In this document: in pieces, positions 51,653 through 63,827 of the stretch
Layout: each line of letters opens with the position of its first letter
Position numbering within the stretch: the stretch's first letter is position 1
NCBI RefSeq assembly: GCF_032062105.1
Contig: NW_026919375.1
Location: forward strand, 62,001 to 126,000
Reading direction: 5' to 3'
Length of the DNA stretch: 64,000 bases
Source: Saccostrea cucullata
Lineage: Eukaryota
Position numbers and translations under genes: made by a program
The notes under the pieces: generated by a model
Told to the model about the DNA's origin: nothing
The model's database searches: none
What the model saw: only the letters and a program-made list of their open reading frames with translations

Positions 51653-53105
51653 AAAAGCAAATTCAAAGAATTGCGGTCCCCCGCTTACGGTGCCTTAGTC
51701 GGTTAGATGTCATTATTCATGGCATATTAATATTATGTCAAATGATAAGCATCATGTAACAAGTTTCCAACCATTAAATTTGGTTTATATTTAAAGCAGG
51801 GGCCATGACAATCACAATTTTGAAAAAGATTTCAAACACATAACCATGCAAAAGCTGTGTTATGAATTAAATCAGATATGTTAAACACTGTTTTTGTTCA
51901 GAAAAGCATCTTAATATATGTGAAATTGATGGAAACTAAATGCCAAATACAAATCTAATAAAAAATACTGAGAGACAGCGTTAGTAAACAGGTCTGAAAG
52001 TATGGGGACATTCACAATGAAAGATAATGAATTTCAACTAATAATCAGTAGTGCCCCCCACTTTTTAATGAAGAACAAAATCACAGCTATTTTCAAACAT
52101 TAATACAATTTTAAAATTGAAATTGAAAGTAACTTGCCTTGTTCCCCCCCCCCCCCCCCACGAAATATCATAAATGTTTCAAAGAACTAAGCCCCCCCAC
52201 TTTTAACCAAAGAAGGAGCAGATTTCAAAGCATTAATTCATTTTCAGCCTCTATAATATACACTTAGCATGCTTACTTTGGTTACTTAATACCCAGAGCC
52301 AGAGTAGGGGAACATAATAATGAATTTCAACTAATAATCAGTAGTGCCCCCACCCGGAACCTCACACAATTCACAATTTTGGAAGAAAGAATTGTTGCTC
52401 ATCAATAGCTATACAGATAGTTCATCTGCTTAACACCCAGGGCCAGATCTATATGAGAAGATTTTCAAAGACTCGTTTTCACTACACCCTTCTTCATCAT
52501 AACTACTGATTATGTTAGTTTATTTAATACAGCAGAGGAGAAGATTTTCAAAGAATTAGATAAATGTATTTTCACTATATAATCTATATAGCCCCGCCCT
52601 AGCATTAGAACCCCTGACCCTTTGGCGATGAACTTTGGTAAAGGACTCAATGCTTATTACAATCATGCCAACAGTTTGACTGCTTGATTTTTTAAAGATT
52701 GAATTAATTTTAGTGGTTTTTGCCCCACCCCTCAGGCCCCAGGGAGGCAATGACCATGAAATTCAAAATTTTTGTTTCCCTTTACCCATAGATGGTTTAA
52801 ATGCCAAATTTGGTTGAAATTGGTTCAACGGTTCCAGAGAAGAAGCTGAAAATGTTCAAAAGTTGACGAACGACGTACGACGAAAACATTTACATGTAGG
52901 TCAGGTGACCTAAAAATCATAGCATACGTATAGTATACTAATATTAAGAAAGGTATTGTCACAGATTATCATGTGAAATATGAAAGCCATATCTCTTCTT
53001 ATTCAAAAGTTATGACCAGGGTTAAAGTTTTTGTAACAGACTTACAGACGGACAGATGAATGAGATTAAATGCCCATTCGGTTTGCCGAAAGCGGGAGAC
53101 AAAAA
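51653..53105 (-). mobile_element. TGACCTTGA-family element with a nested Cg170-like HINE (~51770-52916)
   Basis: Ends AAGCAAATTCAAAGAATTGCGGTCCCCCGC and GCCGAAAGCGGGAGACAAAAA match 25182/26334; the inner element ends GGTCAGGTGACCTAAAAA at 52916. Confidence 0.7.
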
Positions 53106-55796
53106 TGCACTAAAGATAGTTTAATAAATTATCTTCCATCCTTGCAATAGGGGTAAAACAAAAACAAGTGGTGTTTGAAAATTACATCGTTTTGCACAGA
53201 GTCGCATAACGTTTTGTAAAGACATGAATTGAATTGTGGATAAGTAGCCAGGGCATCAACTTTAGTTGGAAATGTGAGATAATTTGCATAACGGGCAAAT
53301 TCAGAAGTTTTTACAAAATAAACATTAAGAACCTTTCCAACACTGCACAAAAAAGAGTTCTTTTTCTGTGGTATTTTGCAATTACAGTGATATGCCCTTT
53401 GATCTAAATTCAAAAAATTAACTGAAAATCTGTTTTAATCAATTTGTTAGCAATACAAGCATTCTTAACATTTCAAAAGACGAAAAATGCTATGATAAAT
53501 CAATGAAAATCAATGAAGTAATCAACATCGATTTTTGTTGCTTGAGACTGTCGTCTTTTTATAACATTTTTTTCTGGAGGTAAATGCCCCGTAGCATATA
53601 CATGTATTGAAATTAAATTAATAGATACGCTCAAAATTTACATACTTTGTCGATATGTTATTAAACATTTTGGACTGAAAGTTTCTTATAGTTAGATTCA
53701 TGAAAGAAATGCCATAGGACATAAAAGTAACTAGAAATACAGTTTCTAATACAATGTTACAGTACATGTATGTTATTTCTATGACGAGTATATTTGTTAC
53801 TATGGTATACGGTACACCCATCATACTTCTCTGCGGTTTGTATCACTTAGTTATGAGTTTTGATAGGGAGACCAATGTCTCTCGTAAAAAATCTCAAAAC
53901 GAGGAGAAAATAATGAGTTTTAGATGAGCTTGTCAAACGGTGTTCAACAAAGCGGCGTGCAGTCACCTCCCCGGCTAGCAGTATACCTGCGCTCGGGGGT
54001 TCCGTCAACTCATATAATCAATACGATACCCTTGCAAGGGGTAATTCAATCGTAGGGGATACGTTCAATTTTTTAAAAATTTCTTTCTAAAGAAAATGGC
54101 TTTTAAAAATTAAATTGTTTTCTTTTCTCTGTTTTACAGCGAATGTCTTATTTTTTTTCACATTATTTCTCTCTCTCATTAAGATAAGAACGGGGTGGGT
54201 CATGGTAAGAGTAAAAATATTTTAAAATGATTAACTTAGTGGGTTTTTTAATAAGATTTGATAAACATGACAACAGAACGAAAAAGAATTTTGCAAAAAT
54301 TGAATTCTGAATTGAGTTTTCTTGACAGTTTCACATTTGGACACATTAAAAGTTCATAAAAATACGTGCATGTATCTTCAGTGAAATCGTTTTCAAAAAT
54401 TAAATTCTCCTGTACTCTTTAACTTTTGTATGCAGAAAACCTTGTAATATTTATTATTTAATTAAAAACTCACAGCAGCTCTAATTGAAGCTTGAACTTT
54501 ATTAAACAAAATTTGCAGTAATAGACTCAAGGCTGCAGAATCAATTTTCATGTCGAGTCGCCGCATCGTAATAGGAAAATACGCCAGGTAAAATAATAAA
54601 TGCGAAAATAATACCCAGGATTGAATTAGAGAAACTGAAAATTCTAATTGCAAAGTAAGGTGCTCAAACTAGGTCTCGATTAACAGACTAAACCATCAGA
54701 ATGGTAGTGTCTTCCCACAAATTTTTATTAAAATAGAAAATTTGTTTTAATTGAAAAATTCAAATATTTGTAGAGGACAGTAGGGACCAAGTCAAAAAGA
54801 CGTGTCCGGTCTCAGATAAGACCAGGCTAGCTAGTAGCTGCAGCTCTTCAAAAACATTGAGAAACTGGAGAGCTACATTGCCACTCATATAGTAAAAAAC
54901 ATACTTATTGCAAGCAAAAAGTTGCGCTCGGTTCTGGATTTTTTTTTTCAAATTTGATGTATAAAAAAGCTAGATTTCAAAATTATTCGTAGACCCATAT
55001 CTGATTCAACTACATTACTTTGTTCCCTTACAGTTGACATCAGCATGAAACGCCTAGGACCGATTGATCTTACACTCCAAAATGGCAACTTCAAAAGGAA
55101 CACATTCGGATGGTTTCAAACTTAAGTCCAGAAGAGTTATTTTCAACGATAAATGTGAATGTTTTGATGTGGAAATGGTAGACACGGTAAGTTATATTTT
55201 AAGATAATTTAAATTCACTGAGAAATAACTTCTCTGAGTGGCTTTGTACGGCTGTAGCTTTCTGGTCATCAATAATTTTACATTCGAGCGAGCTGCAGAG
55301 TTACTCCATCTACAGCTTGCTAGTTTGTAGTTATTCACGGGAAAAGTACATTAAGCGCACATGTTCAATTACTAAAACACAATAATAGACAGACTCTATC
55401 ACAAACAGCCTATATGAACCAAGTTATATATATTGACGAAAAAAGTACATTGAGAAAATATTTTCAATGAATTTTTAATAACAAATTTATATATATTGTA
55501 TGATACTTTGTCAATAATTTTTGAAAACGTTGGAATTTTTACCGGAAAGGCTCAAGTTAAGTTTATAGCCAGGTAAAGTCTATGATACCTTACAGGTACG
55601 AATTATAACTAAATTAATAGCTTACATTTTATTACTGATACACGTGGTGTAAAATGTTATTGAAATTTTATAGTGTGTGTCAAGGTTTAATATTTATGAA
55701 ACGTCCCTGCGTTACTGGCGAGTCCGGTGTACATGTCAGCTGACTATGTAATCCCCACTGCAAAGAAAACAAGCAAATTCAGAGAATTCGTGTCCC

Positions 55797-56140
55797 CCGT
55801 AGTTTTTCATCTTAAGTAAAAAAAATCGATAAAAAAAAAGCATTGACCGAGTTCACAATTCTGTCCTGTTCAGGTGCAATATCTTCTAGAAGTGGGTGCA
55901 ATATCTCCAATAAATGGATGCAGTAACTCCTATAAATGGATGCGGTATCTTAGTCCGTAGTTTTTCATCTTAAGTAAAAAAAATCGATAAAAAAAAAAGC
56001 ATTGACCGAGTTCACAATTCTGTCCTGTTCAGGTGCAATATCTTCTAGAAGTGGGTGCAATATCTCCAATAAATGGATGCAGTAACTCCTATAAATGGAT
56101 GCAGTAACTCCTATAAATGGATGCAGTAACTCCTATAAAT
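55797..56140. repeat. Recent ~157-bp tandem duplication ending in a 22-bp minisatellite
   Basis: CCGTAGTTTTTCATCTTAAG.. at 55797 and 55954, near identical; CTCCTATAAATGGATGCAGTAA units follow. Confidence 0.9.
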
Positions 56141-56449
56141 ATTCATTCATGTTATGTGTAACGCAAGTATAAATCCCATAATGTTATCGGCATCTGTCTC
56201 CATTGGATGTTTTATTCATGTGAACTCATGTATTTAAGCAGCTATTCCATAATCCTATCTTCTACAAATCACCTACATATATTTTCTAAGATACGGCATT
56301 TTGAGATACTTTATTTCATCTCTTCCAACAAATGCCCCCGACCAGTTATGACCAAAAAAACTCGTTAACTGCTTTATGTGCAGCCCTAATACAATTAAAT
56401 CTAAACTTTAACCTTTTCAAAATATATAATATAAAGATAATTTCAACTA

Positions 56450-56886
56450 CCGTATATACTCGCCTATAAGTCGGTCCGCCTATAAGTCGGTTGTATTTTT
56501 TGACTTTATTTTGGTGGGATTTGCTATTGACCCGCTTATAAGTCGGTACAATTTTTGCCAAAATTTGGTGACAATTTCAAGTAAATCCATTGATGTTTTT
56601 ACCTGGTTTCAATTAATTTTTCTTCGAAATGACGCAGATATTTAATCTTAAATTATTAAGAAAAAAGGCAATGCTCACTTAAAATACAAATAAAATTATT
56701 AAAATATGTAAATACATGTACTTTATATATATAATTTTTCAATTATCTTATATATATATAATCGGAAATATAAGATACTATTTCAGAAAAATACCAATCT
56801 CTTTATGACTCGCCTATAAGTCGGACATAGAGTTTTGGACATAAATTTAACTCCCAAAATACCGACTTATAGGCGAGTATATACGG
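56450..56886. mobile_element. pogo/Tigger-like MITE (437 bp)
   Basis: Perfect 26-bp TIR CCGTATATACTCGCCTATAAGTCGGT with TA on both sides; internal repeats of CGCCTATAAGTCGG. Confidence 0.92.
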
Positions 56887-57427
56887 TACTCTTTTATCGT
56901 AAAGAATGCTTTTACAATAAAAAGCAATGTCATTACCGTGTTTTTTTTTTTAGTCAAACTCTATGCCACTTTGTTCGAGTAGAACCGAAAAAAAAACATG
57001 TAAATAACGATGTCACATATTTGTGTATCCTATCCTAATCAAAACTGGATTAAGATCAAACCATAAAAAATATCAATGTCTTTCCAGTGAGCAGTGAGAG
57101 GATGTAACTAATTAGGAGAATGCAATGTCGAAAAATGTCGTTAACAAATGCGCAACAGATGACGGCGCAGGTAAGACGCAGGCTTAACCTAATGAAAGCA
57201 TTCTAACCCGTCATTGTGTTGAGCTTTTTAACTGAATCATAAAATATATTTGAGGTATAATTATATATCAAGCACAGTTTATTACATCTAAAGAAAACCT
57301 GTAGCGATACAGATGAATTATTCACTTATCCCTTAATGTAGTGTCTTTTTAAGTTTCCCTGTGATATAAATAAGTTATCAATGATCTAAATACTGCTCAG
57401 TGGACCTTATAATTGCCAGATACTTAC

Positions 57428-57680
57428 CCACTTCTATGCTACATTCGGAATCTGCAAAGTTGACGGAGATATTGTGATTTGGGAGCAGTTCCATTTCTCG
57501 GACTTTTTCGTTAGCGATCTCCAGGGCGGGCCTGATCCGCTGGATGGAGAAGAGTCGCCGGTTATCCCGGGGGATGATGGTAGCTATTTTTATCACCTGG
57601 GTATCTTCCTCCATTCTACCTGACACTAAATCTAGCACTAGTAACACTATTGACACTAATAAGTGTAATTTCACAGCCAT
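57428..57680 (-). CDS. NPR3-like: Natriuretic peptide receptor-like (ANF_receptor ectodomain), module A, first coding exon with signal peptide
   Basis: ATG at 57680 in AAAATGG context; hydrophobic leader MAVKLHLLVSIVLLVLDLVSG; IATIIPRDNRRLFSIQRIRPALEIA...FADSEC resembles the vertebrate NPR3 N-terminus ([23 protein letters not shown]...YEDSDC). Donor G|GTAAGT after 57428 (253 nt, phase 1). Exact orthology (NPR3-type vs receptor guanylyl cyclase) cannot be decided here. Confidence 0.88.
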
Positions 57681-60600
57681 TTTAAACTCCACGGCATTCA
57701 ATAAACTCCTCAAATAAAATACCGGAAAGGGCCCTATAGAACGAATTCCCGAAATTGTCGCGATACAGATGAACATTCCATACAACCACCATGTATTTCC
57801 ATCTTCTTACACTAAGGGAAACGTTAAAGAATAAAAAATAGCACAATTAATGATTTAATTAGGATTAAAGGACATTTCTATTTGCCGGCTAAATCCTCTT
57901 TACTCGGATATGAAGTCCTACAAACTCTGAATTCCTCGATCTGAGATTTTTAATGTAACAAACATCATCCACGGCAGAGAATTTTTCTCAATATTGTTTG
58001 CAAAATGAGACTTAGCATTCTTCTCTCTAATCCGGCAGTTTTCATTTGCACATCAGGAAATTCGCTGCCTGAACTTCTTATTACTTGATTAATAAAAAGT
58101 AAGGTCTATGTACCTCCTGGGATACTCACGCTTGCCTGTTGTTAGCGGGATTTTCGTTGTCATTAGGTAGTTGAGTGTAGACGGGGGTAAATGACGAGGT
58201 ACAAGGTACAGCGACAAACTAGGAACTGTTAGAGGACGGTGTCATAGCCAGTTATAATAATCAGTCCAAACGTCAACTCGATCAATAATCCAATTACAAA
58301 ATGTGAATCACCTTAAACTATCATCCTGTGTTAAGCATCCAAAATCTTCAGATTACAAGGAGAGAGCGTCGTCCTTACGTCGTCCTTACAGCATTATATG
58401 CCATCTTAAAATACCGGCGACAAAATCCTGTCATCTTTTTAAATCGTTAAGTAGGGAACTCTGTTGGCTGTCTGTGTGGGTAATGCTGAGGTATGGGCTG
58501 ATGATCTTTTAAATAAATTGAATTCTTTTCAATATCGTTATTTGTTGTGAAGTAAGATACTTTTACAAAGGGAGGCTAGGGTTATAAAGCTCCTCGTGTT
58601 TTCGCCCTCCTCTGGTCCGATGAACGTATTGATCTCGGACAAAGGCCTGCAAATGCTTTTTCGCCTTTGACATGAAATTAATAAAGCACTTGCATTTTTA
58701 TGTATCTACACACTAAATCATCTCTTGATATGAAAATATAACATTCCCCGATATTATTGCTGACCATTGATTTGCTTTTACGACGGGTCGCGAAAACTTA
58801 AGACCCCATATTGTCAATGGAACGCTGGGACTTATTCATCAAGGAAGTTGGTTTCCACCAGTATTTCCTCGAACGCGACCCCCTGATTGGTGGATATTTG
58901 AATAATTCCTGCCTACAACAATATTAAGAAAACTCTAACGGAAATCCTGTGAAGAATGAATCCGAAGGAGATAAGAACAGTTCGGATAACAACACGGGTA
59001 TAATGTGATACAAAGGAGTAGCACATTATCCACTTTATTGAAAAAACACACATCTTAAGATAAATCAATACTGATTTTTATTAAGAAATCCTTATTAAAA
59101 TGTCATTAAAAAAGAAAGCTATTTGAAATGATTTTAAGCTATAAAAAAGCGTTAATAAGTAATATCCCCCTCCTCGAGCCGAATTATTATAGGTTTTGGT
59201 ATTATTCCTGGTTATTCTGTGACGTTTCTATATATACGGAGCGGCAAGCTTCAGATCCAGCCGCCCGCTGTCAATGGCAGACGTCTTTGTGTTATCCTGA
59301 CACCTGACGCTGGACTCGCATCTCAGCTGTAGAAATCGACTTCAATACCTCTCAGTAAATCATACAGACTAATCCCAATCAAAGTGATATTTGACATCAA
59401 TGACAGAACATTTCTTTTTCATTTTCGTTTTAATCAGACAAAATATATTATTTTAATTCCAAGTGCCTCTTTCAACATACAGTAAAAATTAAAAGTAATT
59501 TGTCAAACTTTGATCTATTGCAGCAATCAAGTCGATATTTCCTGCATTCAATGATCTTCAAAGGTTGGATTCCAACTGATATTAAACGCGGCTTTTATTT
59601 CCTGTCCTACATTTGTCAAGACTTGTTCAAATTCTCTTTCAGTCAACCGTAGTGTTTCAAACACTTCCAAAAGATTACTATAATTCCAAACAAAAAAATT
59701 AGTTGTAAATAATAAAGATTTGTGTAATTTCATACATTCGCTTGTAAAACAGTTTTTTTTAAAAAGGGGAATGGCCATGTCCAGCATATTTTAGGCAGAT
59801 GCAATTGCATCGTTTTCGCTTTCCGTCGCTATGTGATTCAGTTAGAATTTAATGATGTTACATGTAGCTCTACGGAATATACATGTATAAATATGATATT
59901 CATACAGTGTTAATGCAGGTACTATAAGGCCTTGTGTTCTAGGGACACTAACTTTTACATGGCTCCAAGAGCACGAACTGAGGACATTAAGTCAAACTTT
60001 CAAATGTAACTTCAAAAATAATGTTGATAATTATTATTAGTTTTGATAATTAACAAAATATTCATCAGTCTGATTTTAAATTTTAAACGAAATTGCGAAG
60101 TTTTAAGATTTATGAAATTCAAGAAATTAAAAATTAAACTTTTTACTTAAGTTTGTTCTCAGTTTATGGTTCTATACCTTCTGCTTTTGATATTTACGAT
60201 ATAGCAGCCACTGGCGGACACCGGTTATTGTAAATAGAATTTTTCTTACAAATGTTGATAATGTTTGTAATATATATTTATATATACATGTATGTATGTA
60301 TGTACATGTATATATAATGCCTTATGCATGTATGAGCTTTCGCTATATGCTTGTAAACATAAACAAAGAGAGATAAATACTGAGTGGGTTATTTTAACAG
60401 AGTGTGATCTGCAGTTTTCCTCTAAATTCTTTCAATTTGTACCATTACCACCCTTTAATTTAATTCCAGTAAAATGATCAAAAGTATTCTTAGACTAACA
60501 CAAGCTTACATTTTACATTTTTCAATAGTAAAGAAGTATTCATATTTAACCAAAAAAATATTATTAATAAACGAGTTTCCATTTTCTGCCCGTTTTGTAG

Positions 60601-61441
60601 AGTGGAGCACTTTGTGTGTGTCAGTCCGTTTGTCTTTCAGTCTGGGAAGAGTCGCACTTACACATCTTCTACAGAATTTTACTGAAATAATACATCTTCT
60701 TACAGATATAAAATCGTCCTTTTATCAAAAATAATTATTATATAGATCGGTTTTAGCGTTAATCAATTGCAAGCAAAATATTCTATCAAAATATATCGAA
60801 TCAATAGATATGAGTAATTGTCCGGTCAATTAAGCAAGAAGGGGGTGGGCTGAAACAAATTGCAACAGAAAATCGTTTTGCAGCATACATATGTATAGAT
60901 CCCAACGAAATTGGAATAAAAAAAATCAAACGAAACCCAATACCGCAACATATTTTGTTGTGTTGTAGTAAAAATTCATTTTTTTTCTTTCAACTAGCTT
61001 TTTTTTTACTTGTTTAGTTCGGAGGGGGGGGGGGGGGCAAAATTACACATTTTCAAAATGACCCTGTTTCTGATGTTATCATTTTTTTCTTTTTATTTCT
61101 GGCACGTCAAATATCAAAATTGTGAAAACGCTGAACAGTGAACGTTGTGCTACAGTACCAGGGATAGAAATTTCTGTGTTCTTCTTTCAAAACACAACTT
61201 TTCAATTAGTTTTGTTTCAATATTAATAATATTTGACACACAGATACATGTAGGTAGCTCTGATGAACAGAATGTTTGCCGCGGACTATATTATAAACAC
61301 TCAACAAGAACATAGCCGCCGGTCAGACTAGTACCAAGAAGAAGAAAAATACTTTAAAAGTAATAAATAAAAAAAATCTCTGAGCACAGAATAACAAAGA
61401 ATACAAGTCACACCATCATAACGTTTTAGTGCATGCTATTT

Positions 61442-62686
61442 AAACAAGAGCTACAGTCTCTAACGACAATGTAGCTCTACTGATTTGCACTGAAAACAAG
61501 GGAAGAGAAAAGTAGCAAGTGGACTTGAAACTTTGCAGCAGCAATAAATAGAATAATGATCTTCGATTTCTGTGGAAAGATTACAATCAGACTAAAACTA
61601 AATCAGAGGAGTAGCCTTTAAAAGAATACAAACATTTTTAGCCGGGCTTATTGCTCAAAGAGCAATTGCCGGCTTATGTGATCCTGTTCAAGGCAGGATG
61701 TTGACCCCATAGTCGCCATTTTAAAGTTATGTGCAAAAATAAAGTTCTTACTCTCAACCGCTTTTGAGATAATACAAACGCTAAATAAAGCAACAAAAAT
61801 AAAACGAAGTTTTATCTATATAAAATAAACATTAGTAGTAATGACTTTCAAAACTTCATAAGTCAAAGAACAAAGTTCATTAGCGTAAGGATTTTTGATA
61901 ATCAGTGTTACCGTAGTTCTCTACACATACGAGGTAAAGCAGGAGAGGGAACCAGACTGGCCTGTTTGTTTACATTCAGCTGCGGTACCAGATTAATTCT
62001 GATTCTGACAAAATTGGACCGTGGTATTAGGATTGAAAAACTCACTGTCAGTGTCTTATCATTTATATTGATAGTTTTAAAATATTTTTTTCATCAGAAT
62101 ATAAACGTGATTCATGTAAGAAATCCATTCTACTCTGTAAATGAGCCCGGCTCTCTCTACTTCTGAGTACTTTGATTATGTTTAGTAATCATGACAACAC
62201 CATTCATCGAAAACGAAATGGATAAATAGAATTATGAATCTTAATGAAGTCAACTTATGTGCCAAGTTATAATGAAATCAAAACAAACTGTAAGAAGTAT
62301 AATCATTTTGAAAGTATTTCACAGATATTTTTTTGTTAAGTAACAATGGCAACAACCTTCTTCGAAATCAAAAATCGATATGTAGAATTATATTTTGTAG
62401 TATAGTCATCTTGTGTGCCAAGTTATTTTGAAATCAGACTAAAACTGTAGGAGCAGTAGTGTTTTAAAAGCATTTCACAGAATTTTCGACCGTTCATTGA
62501 AAATAAAATCCGAATAAACAAAACTATGTATCTTTAGTGAAGTATATTTGTAGGCCAAGTTATATTAAAATCAGACAAAACTGTAAGAGGAGTAGCGTTT
62601 TGAAAAATTGTTTACAGACAGATGGGCAAATAAACGGACGGAGAACAGACACCTTTCTATCGCATAAGCTCTTCTGGTATCTGACA
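61442..62686 (-). mobile_element. Helentron/DINE-like element of the same family as 49173-49950, with a further insert at ~61636-62165
   Basis: 61472-61568 matches the reverse complement of 49826-49925; 62660-62686 TCGCATAAGCTCTTCTGGTATCTGAC matches the reverse complement of its 5' end. TTTTAGCCGGGCTTATTGCTCAAAGAGCAATTGCCGGCT at ~61636 is another HINE-like 5' end. Confidence 0.75.
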
Positions 62687-63827
62687 TAGTTCCATTGATT
62701 GATCAGTATGACATAGTTCCATTGATGGACCAGACATAGTTCCATTGATGGACCAGAATGATAGACATAGTTCCACTGATGATTCAGGATGGTAGACATT
62801 GTTCCATTGATGGTCCAGGGTGTTAGACATAGTTCCATTGATGGTTCAGGATGATAGACATAGTTCCATTGATGGTTCAGGATGATAGACATAGTTCCAC
62901 TGATGGTTCAGGATGGTAGACATTGTTCAATTGATGGTCCAGGGTGTCAGGTTTAGTTCCATTGATGGTCCAGGGTGTTAGACATAGTTGCATTGATGGT
63001 TCAGGATGATAGACATAGTTCCATTGATGGTTCAGGATGATAGACATAGTTCCACTGATGGTTCAGAATGGTAGACATTGTTCCTTTGATCGTCCAGGAT
63101 GACAGACATACTTCCACTGATGGTTCAGGGTGATAGACATAGTTCCATTCATGGTTCAGGGTGTTAGATATAGTTCCATTGATGGTTCAGGGTGTTAGAT
63201 ATAGTTCCATTGATGGTTCAGGATGATAGACATAGTTCCTTTAATGGTTCAGGATGATAGACATAGTTCCATTAATGGTTCAGGATGATAGACATAGTTC
63301 CTTTAATGGTTCAGGATGATACACATAGTTCCATTGATGGTTCAGGATGATAGACATAGTTTCATTGATGGTTCAGGGTGATAGGCATAGTTCCATTAAT
63401 GGTTCAGGATGATACACATAGTTCCATTGATGGTTCAGGATGATAGACATAGTTTCATTAATGGTTCAGGGTGTTAGATATAGTTCCATTGATGGTTCAG
63501 GATGACAGACATAGTAAAATTAATGGTTCAGGGTAATAATAGATCCATGGATGGTCCAGGGTGATAGACGTAGTTCCATGGATGGTCCAGGGTGATAGAC
63601 GTAGTTCCATGGATGGTCCAGGGTGATAGACGTAGTTCCATGGATGGTCCAGGGTGATAGACGTAGTTCCATGGATAGTCCAGGGTGATAGACGTAGTTC
63701 CATGGATGGTCCAGGGTGATAGACGTAGTTCCATGGATAGTCCAGGGTGATAGACGTAGTTCCATGGATGGTCCAGGGTGATAGACGTAGTTCCATGGAT
63801 GGTCCAGGGTGATAGACGTAGTTCCAT
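62683..63827. repeat. 31-bp minisatellite (~36 copies, two sequence phases); resumes at the window end
   Basis: Unit GATAGACATAGTTCCATTGATGGTTCAGGAT, switching to GTGATAGACGTAGTTCCATGGATGGTCCAGG after ~63545; explains the 31-aa periodic ORFs in all three minus frames. Confidence 0.95.

Noticed and set aside
57378-57785. ORF-track boundaries for the NPR exons (also 879-1238 and 47955-48428)
   Set aside because: They use non-ATG or internal starts and run into introns; replaced by splice-site-based coordinates.
4920-61160. TACAGTA/TACTGTA as Sleeping-Beauty-type footprints
   Set aside because: My rough count (~17) is close to the compositional expectation (~15), unlike TACATGTA.
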